Shown: positions 19,218 through 28,036 of the stretch, one piece after another
Position numbering within the stretch: position 1 is the stretch's first letter
Layout: each line of letters opens with the position of its first letter
Source of the DNA: Candidatus Micrarchaeia archaeon
GTDB lineage: Archaea > Micrarchaeota > Micrarchaeia > Anstonellales > J096
DNA length: 64,000 bases
Assembly: GCA_041500865.1 (NCBI GenBank)
Contig: JBGQMY010000004.1
Span: 10,079 to 74,078, forward strand
Direction of reading: 5' to 3'
The notes under the pieces: model-generated
Database searches by the model: none
Seen by the model: only the letters and a program-made list of their open reading frames with translations
What the model was told of the DNA's origin: nothing
Position numbers and translations under genes: made by a program

Positions 19218-19964
19218 ATGGAAAAGCGCAAATGCGGCACCAATGGGGCATTTTCAAAAGCCAAAAAAAAGCCGTTCAGAAGGATTGCGGAAAGGCTCAA
19301 GGAGACAGGCAAAAGGATAACGTCACGCTTGCTGAAGCTTGAATCAGACCCCCCTGATATACTATTCAAGATAATGGAGACCAAAAACACGAAGCTGATA
19401 GAGGCTGCAGTTGACAGAGACACCGCAAAGATGAAAAAGCTGATAAAGAAAGGAGCTTGCGTCAATACTATGATAGAACTTGGCAAGGTGTCAGCCCCGC
19501 TCATCCATTACTGCGCCATCAATGACGCCTATCCGCAATTGTCTCTCCTGCTGGAGAACGGCGCAGACCCGTACACAAGGGACGCGCGCGGCATGACGGC
19601 ACTCATGCACGCCGCGGGGCACAGCAGTTATAACATATGCTGCGCGCTGATTGCAGACATGCTGACAAAAGGGAAAGACATAAACGCGACTGACAACGAG
19701 GGCATGACGGCGCTGATGCACGCGGCGACGCACGCAGAGAATGACGTATGCGCGCTGTTCCTGTTGCATGGCGCAGCAGACCCGTATGCCAAGGCCAAGG
19801 ACGGCAGGACAGCCTATATCTTTGCAGGGAACAGCATGACCAGGAAGGCAATCGCGCGCAACGCCCTTGGCCCTGCCTTGGCAAGCCCCTTTTTGGAACA
19901 GATGCTCGGCAAACAGCCAGTCTCTTTCAGGGCCAATTTCCTGATGTGCATCGGCAAGGGCTGA
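19218..19964 (+). CDS. Ankyrin-repeat protein
   Basis: GMTALMHAA twice, GADP; C-terminus FRANFLMCIGKG. Confidence 0.9.
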   Translation: MEKRKCGTNGAFSKAKKKPFRRIAERLKETGKRITSRLLKLESDPPDILFKIMETKNTKLIEAAVDRDTAKMKKLIKKGACVNTMIELGKVSAPLIHYCAINDAYPQLSLLLENGADPYTRDARGMTALMHAAGHSSYNICCALIADMLTKGKDINATDNEGMTALMHAATHAENDVCALFLLHGAADPYAKAKDGRTAYIFAGNSMTRKAIARNALGPALASPFLEQMLGKQPVSFRANFLMCIGKG

Positions 19965-20009
19965 GATGAAAAAGCCCTGATTTTTAATTGTTTGCCATAT
20001 GATGAGATC

Positions 20010-20408
20010 ATGGCGTTGAGCGGGGTCGAGTTTCTGATTGCAATGGACAGGGCGGACAACCCGTCCATGCGCATTCCATTCAGGAAAGGCACGGAGAGAT
20101 ACAAGCGCATAATGGAATTCTCGGACACCATCATCCGCGAAAGGAGGCAAAGCCAGCTGGACCAGGATTTCCTGTACATGATGGAATTGGGCAACGTCAA
20201 GGAGGCGGAAAGGCTGTTCTGGAAAGGAGCGGACGTCAACGCAAGGCAGGACGACGACCTTGCCTGGGGCGCAGGAGCATGGGCTGCCGACAGGAAGGGG
20301 GCAGATGCGATGCTCAATAGGATAACGCGCCTGCAAAGCCTGAGGTTCCTTGGAAAAAACGTTTCGTTGCAGTTTTACCGTTCATTCAGGAAATGCCTCG
20401 CCACTTAA
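20010..20408 (+). CDS. Degenerate ankyrin-repeat protein (FxxxFxxC-tail family)
   Basis: GNVKEAERLFWKGADVNAR; C-terminus FYRSFRKCLAT; cassette promoter upstream. Confidence 0.7.
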   Translation: MALSGVEFLIAMDRADNPSMRIPFRKGTERYKRIMEFSDTIIRERRQSQLDQDFLYMMELGNVKEAERLFWKGADVNARQDDDLAWGAGAWAADRKGADAMLNRITRLQSLRFLGKNVSLQFYRSFRKCLAT

Positions 20409-20438
20409 TTTATAATGCCTTTGCCGCACAATAAAGAT

Positions 20439-21179
20439 ATGCGGAAAAGGCAGCTCCAAAGGGATGCACTGGCAGGGAAAACGGCCAAACCAAAAGCAGA
20501 CATCGCGAAAAGCGAGAATCCTGCATTGTCCGAAACGGAGCAGGGGCGGCTCAATGGCGAACTCCTCCGCATTGTAGACGATAGCTTCAAGGCTGACGCT
20601 AAAAAAGCGGAAGAGGTAGAGCGGCTCGTCAACGCAGGCGCGGACATCACAGCAAAGACGCCTGCCAACTGGACAATCCTGCACTGCGCCGCAGCCTATG
20701 GCGACATCGAAACCTGCGCATTGATTATAGGGAAATACGCGGAATCGCACAGAAGCATAAAGGATCTGATTGGCGCAAAGGCGAATGGCGATGATACGGC
20801 CCTGAAAGAGGCCGCAGTCAATGGACATGCCAAAGCCTGCGCATTGCTTATCAGGGAATACGCAAAAGCAGGCGGTGACGCAACTGAACTTATCACCGCA
20901 AAGGACGAATACGGCCAAACAGTCCTGCATAAAGCCGCGAACATCGGAAACACTGATATCTGCATTCTCCTTATGGAGGAATACGCAAAAGCAGGCGGTG
21001 ACGCAACGGACCTCATCTATGCAGAGGACTACAAAGGCAAGATACCCGTGCAGTCTGCTGTAAAATGGGGACAAACCAAAACCAAGCAGTTCCTTGAGTC
21101 ACTCGAAAAGCTTGGAGCAGCCATGGGGAACAAAACATTCAATTCGTTCATGAAATCCTTCAGCGAGTGCATCGCCTGA
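20439..21179 (+). CDS. Ankyrin-repeat protein with 41-aa extended repeats
   Basis: TILHCAA, TVLHKAA, EYAKAGGD twice; C-terminus FMKSFSECIA. Confidence 0.9.
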   Translation: MRKRQLQRDALAGKTAKPKADIAKSENPALSETEQGRLNGELLRIVDDSFKADAKKAEEVERLVNAGADITAKTPANWTILHCAAAYGDIETCALIIGKYAESHRSIKDLIGAKANGDDTALKEAAVNGHAKACALLIREYAKAGGDATELITAKDEYGQTVLHKAANIGNTDICILLMEEYAKAGGDATDLIYAEDYKGKIPVQSAVKWGQTKTKQFLESLEKLGAAMGNKTFNSFMKSFSECIA

Positions 21180-21230
21180 CTTTAGGCACAACCGACATAT
21201 TTTTAAATCATTTACCACAATTGGAAAAGC

Positions 21231-21794
21231 ATGGGCAAAACCACGAAAATGCTGCTTGCGGAAATCAAAAGCGAAGGCAAAAGGCCAAATAAGATATTAT
21301 TGGTGGACATCCTGCCGACCTCGGGCCCCAGATGGCACCAGAAGGTGCTGGAGCACCTTAATAATGCTTTAGTGGAGGCGTTGGAGCACCAAAGGAAGGA
21401 AAAATACAGTTCAAATTATTTCAGGAAATACAATCCAAGCTATTTCAAGCGGCTGTTGCTGGCGGGCGCAAGCCCGAACGCAAAAAGCACTAGCGGCGGC
21501 GGCACCAGGGCCCTGCAATATGCCGTGGAGTCCGGAGACATCAAAATCTGCGAGCTGCTGGTTGAAAACGGCGCAAACCCCAACCTGAAGGACAATATTG
21601 GGCTGACTTCGCTGCATAGTGCCGTATACCATAAGAAAACCAAAATATGCAAGATTCTGGTTGAAAACGGCGCAGACGTGGACGCAAAGGACAAGAACGG
21701 CGAAACGCCTCTGGAAATGGCCAAACGGCACAAACACACTGACATCGTAAAGATTCTCAAAGCCGCAAGGGCGAAAAAGGCAGGCAGCACATGA
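21231..21794 (+). CDS. Ankyrin-repeat protein (no Cys tail)
   Basis: GANPNLKDNIGLTSLHSAV, GETPLEMA; paralog of the next gene. Confidence 0.9.
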   Translation: MGKTTKMLLAEIKSEGKRPNKILLVDILPTSGPRWHQKVLEHLNNALVEALEHQRKEKYSSNYFRKYNPSYFKRLLLAGASPNAKSTSGGGTRALQYAVESGDIKICELLVENGANPNLKDNIGLTSLHSAVYHKKTKICKILVENGADVDAKDKNGETPLEMAKRHKHTDIVKILKAARAKKAGST

Positions 21795-22306
21795 ACAAAA
21801 ACGCAGGGTTGTTCGCTGAAACCAAAAAAGGCGGGGACAGGAGACAAAACAAGATGGCGGCAGACATCCTGCCAAGCGAAATGTTCAAATGGCATCCCAA
21901 GGTGCAGGCGCACCTCAACGATGCGCTGCTGGACGCATTTGAAACGGCAAGGGAAAAGGAATACGGCCTGAATTATTTCAAGAGGATTCTGCTGGCAGGC
22001 GCAAACCCGAATGCAAAAAACATGAGCGGGCAAAGGCCCCTGGGCCATGCCGCAAAGGCAGGAAACATTCAGCTCTGCGCGCTTCTTTTGAAGAATGGCG
22101 CAAACCCCAACCTGAAGGACAACCTTGGATTCAGGCCTTTGCATTGGGCGGCATTCTGCAACAGGCCCAACGTCTGCGCCCTGCTTCTGGTGTCAGGCGC
22201 GGATGCCGATGCGACGGACAACGCAGGCGATACGCCCATGGACGTAGCAAAGCGGCGAGGCCATGCCACAATCATGGAGATTCTGAAGGCCGCAAAGAAA
22301 AACTGA
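21791..22306 (+). CDS. Ankyrin-repeat protein (no Cys tail)
   Basis: GANPNLKDNLGFRPLHWAA, GDTPMDVA; ATGA overlap with the previous gene. Confidence 0.9.
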   Translation: MNKNAGLFAETKKGGDRRQNKMAADILPSEMFKWHPKVQAHLNDALLDAFETAREKEYGLNYFKRILLAGANPNAKNMSGQRPLGHAAKAGNIQLCALLLKNGANPNLKDNLGFRPLHWAAFCNRPNVCALLLVSGADADATDNAGDTPMDVAKRRGHATIMEILKAAKKN

Positions 22307-22370
22307 ATTTTCCTGTAGTTGAATTGCGCTTCGGTGCCTAATTTATAATATCCTTGCTGCACAATAAAGC

Positions 22371-22817
22371 ATGCAGGAAAGGAAGCAAGGAAAAATAGGG
22401 CAGGCATTCGCCAAGTCAAAAAATACAAAAAGGCACGTCAGCAAAAAAGAGCTGGAATATCTCAGCAAGGCGCTTCTCGACGCCGTATGGTATGAAAACA
22501 AAGCAGGTATAGTGCGGCTCATAAGGAAAGGGGCTGACATAACTGCAAAGTACGGTGAATTTAGGGAGACCCCTTTGCAAAGCGCCGCAGGGGACGGATA
22601 CACCAGTGTCTGCGCCCTGCTGATATCGGAATGCATAAATTCAGGCAAAGACATAATCAGATTCATCAACTCAAAAGACAAAGACGGCGACACAGCAATG
22701 AAACTTGCCGCAAAGAAGGGGCATGTTCAAACCGTGGACTTCTTCAAATCAATCAAATGGCTTGCGTATGCAACCGGAAGCGAATTCATGAAATCCTTCA
22801 GCAAGTGCATCGCCTAG
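22371..22817 (+). CDS. Ankyrin-repeat protein
   Basis: ETPLQSAA, GDTAMKLAAKKGH; C-terminus FMKSFSKCIA. Confidence 0.9.
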   Translation: MQERKQGKIGQAFAKSKNTKRHVSKKELEYLSKALLDAVWYENKAGIVRLIRKGADITAKYGEFRETPLQSAAGDGYTSVCALLISECINSGKDIIRFINSKDKDGDTAMKLAAKKGHVQTVDFFKSIKWLAYATGSEFMKSFSKCIA

Positions 22818-22931
22818 CCATCATTCGGGCCTGTCCGCAACATTTATAAATATTCCCTCTGCAATTGAGGTTTATCTATCTGTCAATTGGGCATCCCATT
22901 GCGGGCAATGCCGAAGCAGAAGGGTGGTACG

Positions 22932-23885
22932 ATGTCAGACATAAACAAGCCAAGGAGAGGTTCACTTGCATACAGGCCAAGGAAAAGGGCGGAAAGGCAG
23001 ATGCCCGAGATTTCCTTCTGGCCGGCCGTCAAGGAAAAGGCGCTGCTGGATTTCCCTGCGTACAAGGCAGGCATGACCAGCGTCAGCTACGTGGACAAGA
23101 CAAAGTCCCCGACAGGCGGCATGGAAGTGACGCTCGGCGCAACGGTGCTCGAGGCCCCGCCAATCGTCGTTTACGGCGTCAGGGGATACTCAAGCAACAG
23201 GACGTACGACCTTTTTACCGACAACAAGGAAATCCTAAAGTTCATAGCGCCAAAAAGCGGCGTAGCGAAATCCTCTATGAAGGAAGGGGCGGAGTTCGAG
23301 GACGTGAGGGTATTGGCGTTCGCGCAGCCGTCAAAGACGCTGATGGGCAAGAAGCACATAGAAAGGATGGAAATTGGCGTCGGCGGAGAAACCGCAAAGG
23401 ACAAGCTGGAATACGCGAAGACGCTTTTGGGAAAAGAAGTTCACGTTTTGGACGTGCTGAAGCCTGGCCAATATGTCGACATCGCAGCGATAACGAAAGG
23501 CAAGGGCTGGCAAGGCGTGATTAAAAGGTTCCACGCAGCCAAGCAGAGGCTGAAAGCAACTGGAAAGGTGAGGCACACTGCGCCAATCGGCTCGTTCAAG
23601 CCAGGGTACGTCATGTACACGATGCCAAGGGCAGGGCAGATGGGGTACCACAAGAGGATAGAGCTTTCAAAATGGATAGTCAAGATTGCGGATTCCGGGG
23701 CAGTGGACCAGATAAACCCGTCGTCCGGGTTCCCGCACTACGGATTCATCAAGAACGACTACATACTGATAAAGGGCTCGGTTGCAGGGCCTACAAGGAG
23801 AATGGTCCGCCTGAGGTACGCGATGAGGAACCCGAACGTGGTTCAGTCAAACGTCACGTACATCTCAAAGGAGCCAAAGAACTGA
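22932..23885 (+). CDS. rpl3: 50S ribosomal protein uL3
   Basis: PRRGSLAYRPRKRA, YKAGMT, TKGKGWQGVIKR, RAGQMGYH. Confidence 0.97.
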   Translation: MSDINKPRRGSLAYRPRKRAERQMPEISFWPAVKEKALLDFPAYKAGMTSVSYVDKTKSPTGGMEVTLGATVLEAPPIVVYGVRGYSSNRTYDLFTDNKEILKFIAPKSGVAKSSMKEGAEFEDVRVLAFAQPSKTLMGKKHIERMEIGVGGETAKDKLEYAKTLLGKEVHVLDVLKPGQYVDIAAITKGKGWQGVIKRFHAAKQRLKATGKVRHTAPIGSFKPGYVMYTMPRAGQMGYHKRIELSKWIVKIADSGAVDQINPSSGFPHYGFIKNDYILIKGSVAGPTRRMVRLRYAMRNPNVVQSNVTYISKEPKN

Positions 23886-23894
23886 GGGATTGAA

Positions 23895-24695
23895 ATGAAA
23901 CTCAAAGTTTATGACCTGTCCGGAAAGGCGGTTGACGACATACAAGTGCCGGATTCCATGCTTGAGGACGTCAGGGAAGACCTAATCAGGCGCGCGGTGC
24001 TCAGCGAGGAAAGCAGGGAATACCAGCCAAAGGGGGCCTACAGGTGGGCAGGCCTGCAGACGTCCGCACAATACAGGGGAAGGAAGGAAGCCTTCGCGTC
24101 GCTCAAGAACAGGGGCCAGGCCATGCTGCCAAGGGAATTCTATGGCGGAGGCACGGCAGGCCGCGTAAGAAGGATACCGTCCTCAGTAAAAGGAAGGAGG
24201 GCGCATCCGCCAAAGCCCGAAAAAATACTGGTTGAGCAGATGAACAAGAAGGAGTTCGCAAAGGCCATGCGCTCCGCAATATCAGCATCGCTTTCGGCAA
24301 AAGAGGTCAAGGCAAGGGGCCATGTCATAGGGGACAGCTACCCTGTGGTGCTTGCAGACGCGTTTGAGTCGATAAAAAAGACAAAGGACATGATAAGCGT
24401 CATCAGCGTCTTCATGAAGGGGGACATTGAAAGGGCTGCAAGGGGAAAGAGGGTGAAGAGCGGCTTGAGGAAAAGAAGGGCCGAGCAGACCAAGTACCCG
24501 AAGTCGGCGCTGATAATAGCGTCGGAAGGCTCGTCCGCGCTGAAGGCCGGGAGGAACATCCCGGGCGTAGACACGGTGACGCCCAAGGCGCTCAAGGTCA
24601 AGAACCTTGCGCCAGGCGCAAAGCCAGGGCGCCCTATCATCATAAGCGTGAAGGCGCTCAAGGAGCTGCAGTCCATTTGGGGTGAAAGGAAATGA
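23895..24695 (+). CDS. rpl4: 50S ribosomal protein uL4
   Basis: REDLIRRAV, GRRAHPPK, RNIPGVD, LAPG. Confidence 0.95.
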   Translation: MKLKVYDLSGKAVDDIQVPDSMLEDVREDLIRRAVLSEESREYQPKGAYRWAGLQTSAQYRGRKEAFASLKNRGQAMLPREFYGGGTAGRVRRIPSSVKGRRAHPPKPEKILVEQMNKKEFAKAMRSAISASLSAKEVKARGHVIGDSYPVVLADAFESIKKTKDMISVISVFMKGDIERAARGKRVKSGLRKRRAEQTKYPKSALIIASEGSSALKAGRNIPGVDTVTPKALKVKNLAPGAKPGRPIIISVKALKELQSIWGERK

Positions 24696-24940
24696 TAATA
24701 AAAGGCGTTGTCAAGACCGAAAAGGCAGTTAATTTAGCTAGCTTCAGGAAGACCATTCCGTTCATAGTCGACAACAGGTCGAAGAAGCCGGAGATAAAAT
24801 CCGAGATAGAGAAAATGCTGGGCAAGAAAATCAAAAGAGTGAGGACCCACGTGAATTTCAAGGGCAAGAAGATTGCATACGTTACGTTCGCGGACAACGT
24901 CGATGTCGACGAGCTGGCCGCGTCGCTTAACCTGGTTTGA
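24692..24940 (+). CDS. rpl23: 50S ribosomal protein uL23
   Basis: TEKA, FIVD, KKIAYV; operon position. Confidence 0.92.
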   Translation: MIIKGVVKTEKAVNLASFRKTIPFIVDNRSKKPEIKSEIEKMLGKKIKRVRTHVNFKGKKIAYVTFADNVDVDELAASLNLV

Positions 24941-24954
24941 CCGGGTGAATCAAC

Positions 24955-25704
24955 ATGGGAAAAAGGCTTAAGCAACAGGTAAGGGGGAAAGGGACGCCGA
25001 AATACAGGGCGCCGAGCCACAGGTTCAAGGTTGACGTCTCGCACAGGCCGTACGACGACATTGAGAAGACGGGCGTCATAATGGGCGAGGTCATGGGGTT
25101 TGTCGACGACCCGGGAAGGGGCAGCATCCTCGCGTCAATCAAACTGGACGACAACACCGATTTCCACATAATAGCGCCGGAGGGCCTTGCGATAGGAGAC
25201 AGCATAGAGATAGGCTCGCAGGCAAAGGTCGGCATAGGCAACATAATGCCGCTTTACGCGATACCGGACGGAACCTACATATACAATATTGAGAGGGACC
25301 CGGGCGATGGCGGCAGGTTCGTTAAGTCGTCAGGGAACTACGCGGTCGTCATCTCAAAGGACGAGAGGTTCGTCTACATAAAGATGCCGAGCAAGAAAAT
25401 CATAACGTTCAATCCGGACGCAAGGGCGCAGATAGGCGTGATAGCCGGGGGCGGCGTCAAGGACAAGCCGCTGCTCAAGGCAGGCACCGCATTCCACAAG
25501 CACAGGGCAAGGCGCCACCTCTGGCCAAAGAACAGGGGGGTGAAGATGTCGCCGTTTGACCACCCGTTCGGCGGGAAGCAGCACCACAAGGGCAAGTCAA
25601 GCAGCGTGGGCAGGAACGCCCCGCCGGGAAGGAAGGTCGGCCACATAGCGTCAAGGCAGACGGGCAGGGGCGCAAAGGCCATCAGGAAAGAGGACCAGCA
25701 GTGA
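24955..25704 (+). CDS. rpl2: 50S ribosomal protein uL2
   Basis: MGKRL, DPGR, DHPFGG, APPGRKVG. Confidence 0.97.
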   Translation: MGKRLKQQVRGKGTPKYRAPSHRFKVDVSHRPYDDIEKTGVIMGEVMGFVDDPGRGSILASIKLDDNTDFHIIAPEGLAIGDSIEIGSQAKVGIGNIMPLYAIPDGTYIYNIERDPGDGGRFVKSSGNYAVVISKDERFVYIKMPSKKIITFNPDARAQIGVIAGGGVKDKPLLKAGTAFHKHRARRHLWPKNRGVKMSPFDHPFGGKQHHKGKSSSVGRNAPPGRKVGHIASRQTGRGAKAIRKEDQQ

Positions 25705-25709
25705 GGTGA

Positions 25710-26120
25710 ATGAGCATGTTGAAAAAGCCGCAATACAGGGGAATGGAAGACACTCAGCTCAAGGACATGCCTTTGGAGGAGTTCGCGAAGATGGCGAAAT
25801 CCAGGGGGAGAAGGGCCATACTTAGGGCGCTGAAGGGCATGAACATAGAATACATGCAGCTGATTGACAAGACAAGGGCCATGAAAAAGAAGAAAATCAG
25901 CAAGCCAGTCAGGACGCACTGCAGGGAAGCGGTGATAATCCCCGAATGGCTCGGCATGGCGTTCAAGGTCTACAACGGAAGGGAGTGGAAGGACGTCGAG
26001 ATAACGGTTGAGAAGCTCGGCCACAGGCTCGGCGAGTATAGCTACACAACAATATTCGGGAAGCACTCGGGACCCGGCATCGGAGCAACCAGGGGAAGCA
26101 AGTTCATCTCGGTCAAGTGA
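25710..26120 (+). CDS. rps19: 30S ribosomal protein uS19
   Basis: RTHCR, GHRLGEY, PGIGATRGS. Confidence 0.96.
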   Translation: MSMLKKPQYRGMEDTQLKDMPLEEFAKMAKSRGRRAILRALKGMNIEYMQLIDKTRAMKKKKISKPVRTHCREAVIIPEWLGMAFKVYNGREWKDVEITVEKLGHRLGEYSYTTIFGKHSGPGIGATRGSKFISVK

Positions 26121-26130
26121 GGTCGTGCAC

Positions 26131-26628
26131 ATGTATTCGCTTAAGGCAAAGGACGAAACGAAGGCCGCGAAGGCGAGGCTGGAAGGCGTTGACGCCAGCT
26201 TCAAGGACCTTGCGGAAGTGTGCGGCAACATCAGGGGAAAGCCAATAGCAAAGGCCATCTCGCTGCTCGTGAAGGCAAAGAAGGCCGAGATTCCTATCCT
26301 GTATAGGAGCCACAACAAGCATCTCGGGCACAGGAGGGGGCTTGGCGGCAGGAAGGGCAGGTATCCCATCAAGTCAGTCGCCATAGTTCTGAAGGTCCTG
26401 CAAAGCGCGATAGCGAACGCAAGGGCCAAGAGCCTTGCAGAGGACAGGCTCGTCGTGTGGCACGCGTGCGCGAACAGGAAGATGGTGTTCAGCAGGCTGC
26501 AGCCGAAAGGCCTGAGGAAGAAGCACGACTTTTCAACCTCAAGGATTGAAATAATATTGACAGAGGCGCCGGTCAAGGCGGAACCCACGAAGAAGGGGAA
26601 AGAGGCGAAGGCGCCCAGTAAAAGGTGA
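26131..26628 (+). CDS. rpl22: 50S ribosomal protein uL22
   Basis: SFKDLAEVC, GRYPIKS, ANA. Confidence 0.95.
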   Translation: MYSLKAKDETKAAKARLEGVDASFKDLAEVCGNIRGKPIAKAISLLVKAKKAEIPILYRSHNKHLGHRRGLGGRKGRYPIKSVAIVLKVLQSAIANARAKSLAEDRLVVWHACANRKMVFSRLQPKGLRKKHDFSTSRIEIILTEAPVKAEPTKKGKEAKAPSKR

Positions 26629-26634
26629 AATTGC

Positions 26635-27348
26635 ATGGTAATGAAGAGCATCAGGAAGAAGTTCATAGAGGAGCCGGTCCTGAAGAAGAGGATAGTCGAG
26701 TTCCTTGAGAACTACTTCTCCAGGGTGTGGATAGCGAACATAGACATCAAGCGTTCCCCGATTGAGACGAGGATTTACCTGGAGGTCATGGACCCGAGGG
26801 GATTCATGAACCGCAAGAGCAGGATAATATCCAGGGCCGCGCAGCTGCTTTCCACCGAATTCAAGATTGAGAACCCGAAGATAAGCCTCATTGAGATAAA
26901 GAATCCGTGGCTTGAGCCCAGGATTGTGGCCCGAAAGGCGGCAAAGGATTTGGAGATGGGCAAGAAGGCGCGTTCCGTGCTCTATAAATTGTTATCCAAC
27001 ATCATGCAGAACGGCGCTGTAGGCGCAGAGCTGATTGCGCACGGAAAGCTCGGGGCAAAGGGCGCAAAGTCAAGGAAGATAAAGGTTTATGCAGGATTCG
27101 TGCCGAAGGCCGGCAACCCGGTCAAGGAAGTAAGGACGGTAAAGTATGCGATAGTGACAAAGTCGGGAATCATAGGGATTACGGTCAGGATTGCGCCGCC
27201 AGGCATCTATCTGCCTGACAAGATGAAGCAGATAGCGAAGGCGGAGCAGGACAAGACAGACGCTGCTGCAGCCCAGGAAGGGGCAGCGGTTCCGCCGGCG
27301 GAAGGCGCGAGCAAGGAGGGTGTTGAGAATGCCGTTGCCAAAGGCTAA
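26635..27348 (+). CDS. rps3: 30S ribosomal protein uS3
   Basis: KH-like N-terminus, GAVGAEL..GKL, GIIGITVRI. Confidence 0.92.
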   Translation: MVMKSIRKKFIEEPVLKKRIVEFLENYFSRVWIANIDIKRSPIETRIYLEVMDPRGFMNRKSRIISRAAQLLSTEFKIENPKISLIEIKNPWLEPRIVARKAAKDLEMGKKARSVLYKLLSNIMQNGAVGAELIAHGKLGAKGAKSRKIKVYAGFVPKAGNPVKEVRTVKYAIVTKSGIIGITVRIAPPGIYLPDKMKQIAKAEQDKTDAAAAQEGAAVPPAEGASKEGVENAVAKG

Positions 27349-27682
27349 AGACTTCAGGGAAAAGACGGAAGAGGAGCTTGCGAAGGACCTGGCCAACTTC
27401 GGCAAGGAGATTGCGACGCTGCCGGACACGAAGTACGGCCGGAAGCAGTCCCTCAGGAAGCTTGTCGCAAGGATTCTGACTGTAGTTAATGAAAGAATAA
27501 GGGCGCAAAAGGCAAAAATGCCGAAACAAACAGCAAAAAAGGCAATCAAGCCCAAAAGGCCAAAGCCGGACGCTTCCAAAATATACAGGCAGCCGGCTCA
27601 GCCCAAACAGGCACAAAAACCAGCAAAAGCCCCAAAGAAACAGGCCCAAAAGCCTAAGACGGCAGCCAAGGCGAAAAAATGA
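27329..27682 (+). CDS. rpl29: 50S ribosomal protein uL29 with long K/A/P/Q-rich tail
   Basis: KDFREKTEEEL...LRKLVARILTV; position after uS3. Confidence 0.88.
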   Translation: MPLPKAKDFREKTEEELAKDLANFGKEIATLPDTKYGRKQSLRKLVARILTVVNERIRAQKAKMPKQTAKKAIKPKRPKPDASKIYRQPAQPKQAQKPAKAPKKQAQKPKTAAKAKK

Positions 27683-27730
27683 CAACATTTAAAAGGCTAT
27701 ATACGCAAGAGTGGAAGAGGTGCAACAAGA

Positions 27731-28036
27731 TTGGGTGAAATATGCCAAACGTGCGGTTTGCCTCGTGACCTCTGCGTCTGTGACCTCCTGGACAAGGAGG
27801 AGACACGGCGGATAAAGGTTTACACGGCCAAGGCGAAGTTCAACAAGCTTGTCACCGTCGTTGAGGGCCTGGAAAAGAAGCAGATAAAGGAGACCCTCAA
27901 GGAACTCAAGAGGAAGCTGGCATGCGGAGGGTCAATAAAAGAGGAGTTCATCATTCTCCAGGGGAACCACATGAAGCGGGTTCCGGAGATTTTGGTGTCC
28001 ATGGGCTTCAAGAAGGAAGCGATGGAGTCGGCATAG
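27731..28036 (+). CDS. sui1: Translation initiation factor aIF1/SUI1
   Basis: CQTCGLP.DLCVC, LKRKLACGGS, LQGNH. Confidence 0.95.
   Translation: MGEICQTCGLPRDLCVCDLLDKEETRRIKVYTAKAKFNKLVTVVEGLEKKQIKETLKELKRKLACGGSIKEEFIILQGNHMKRVPEILVSMGFKKEAMESA

Noticed and set aside
17984..22817. CRISPR array or integron attC sites explaining the repeated intergenic motifs
   Set aside because: No regular repeat-spacer periodicity, no cas or integrase gene in the window, and no attC-type structure seen.
18067..22817. Diversity-generating retroelement acting on ankyrin 3' ends
   Set aside because: No reverse transcriptase in the window and no ~100-bp template/variable pair with adenine-specific mismatches; the near-identical stretch is only 31 nt with one mismatch.
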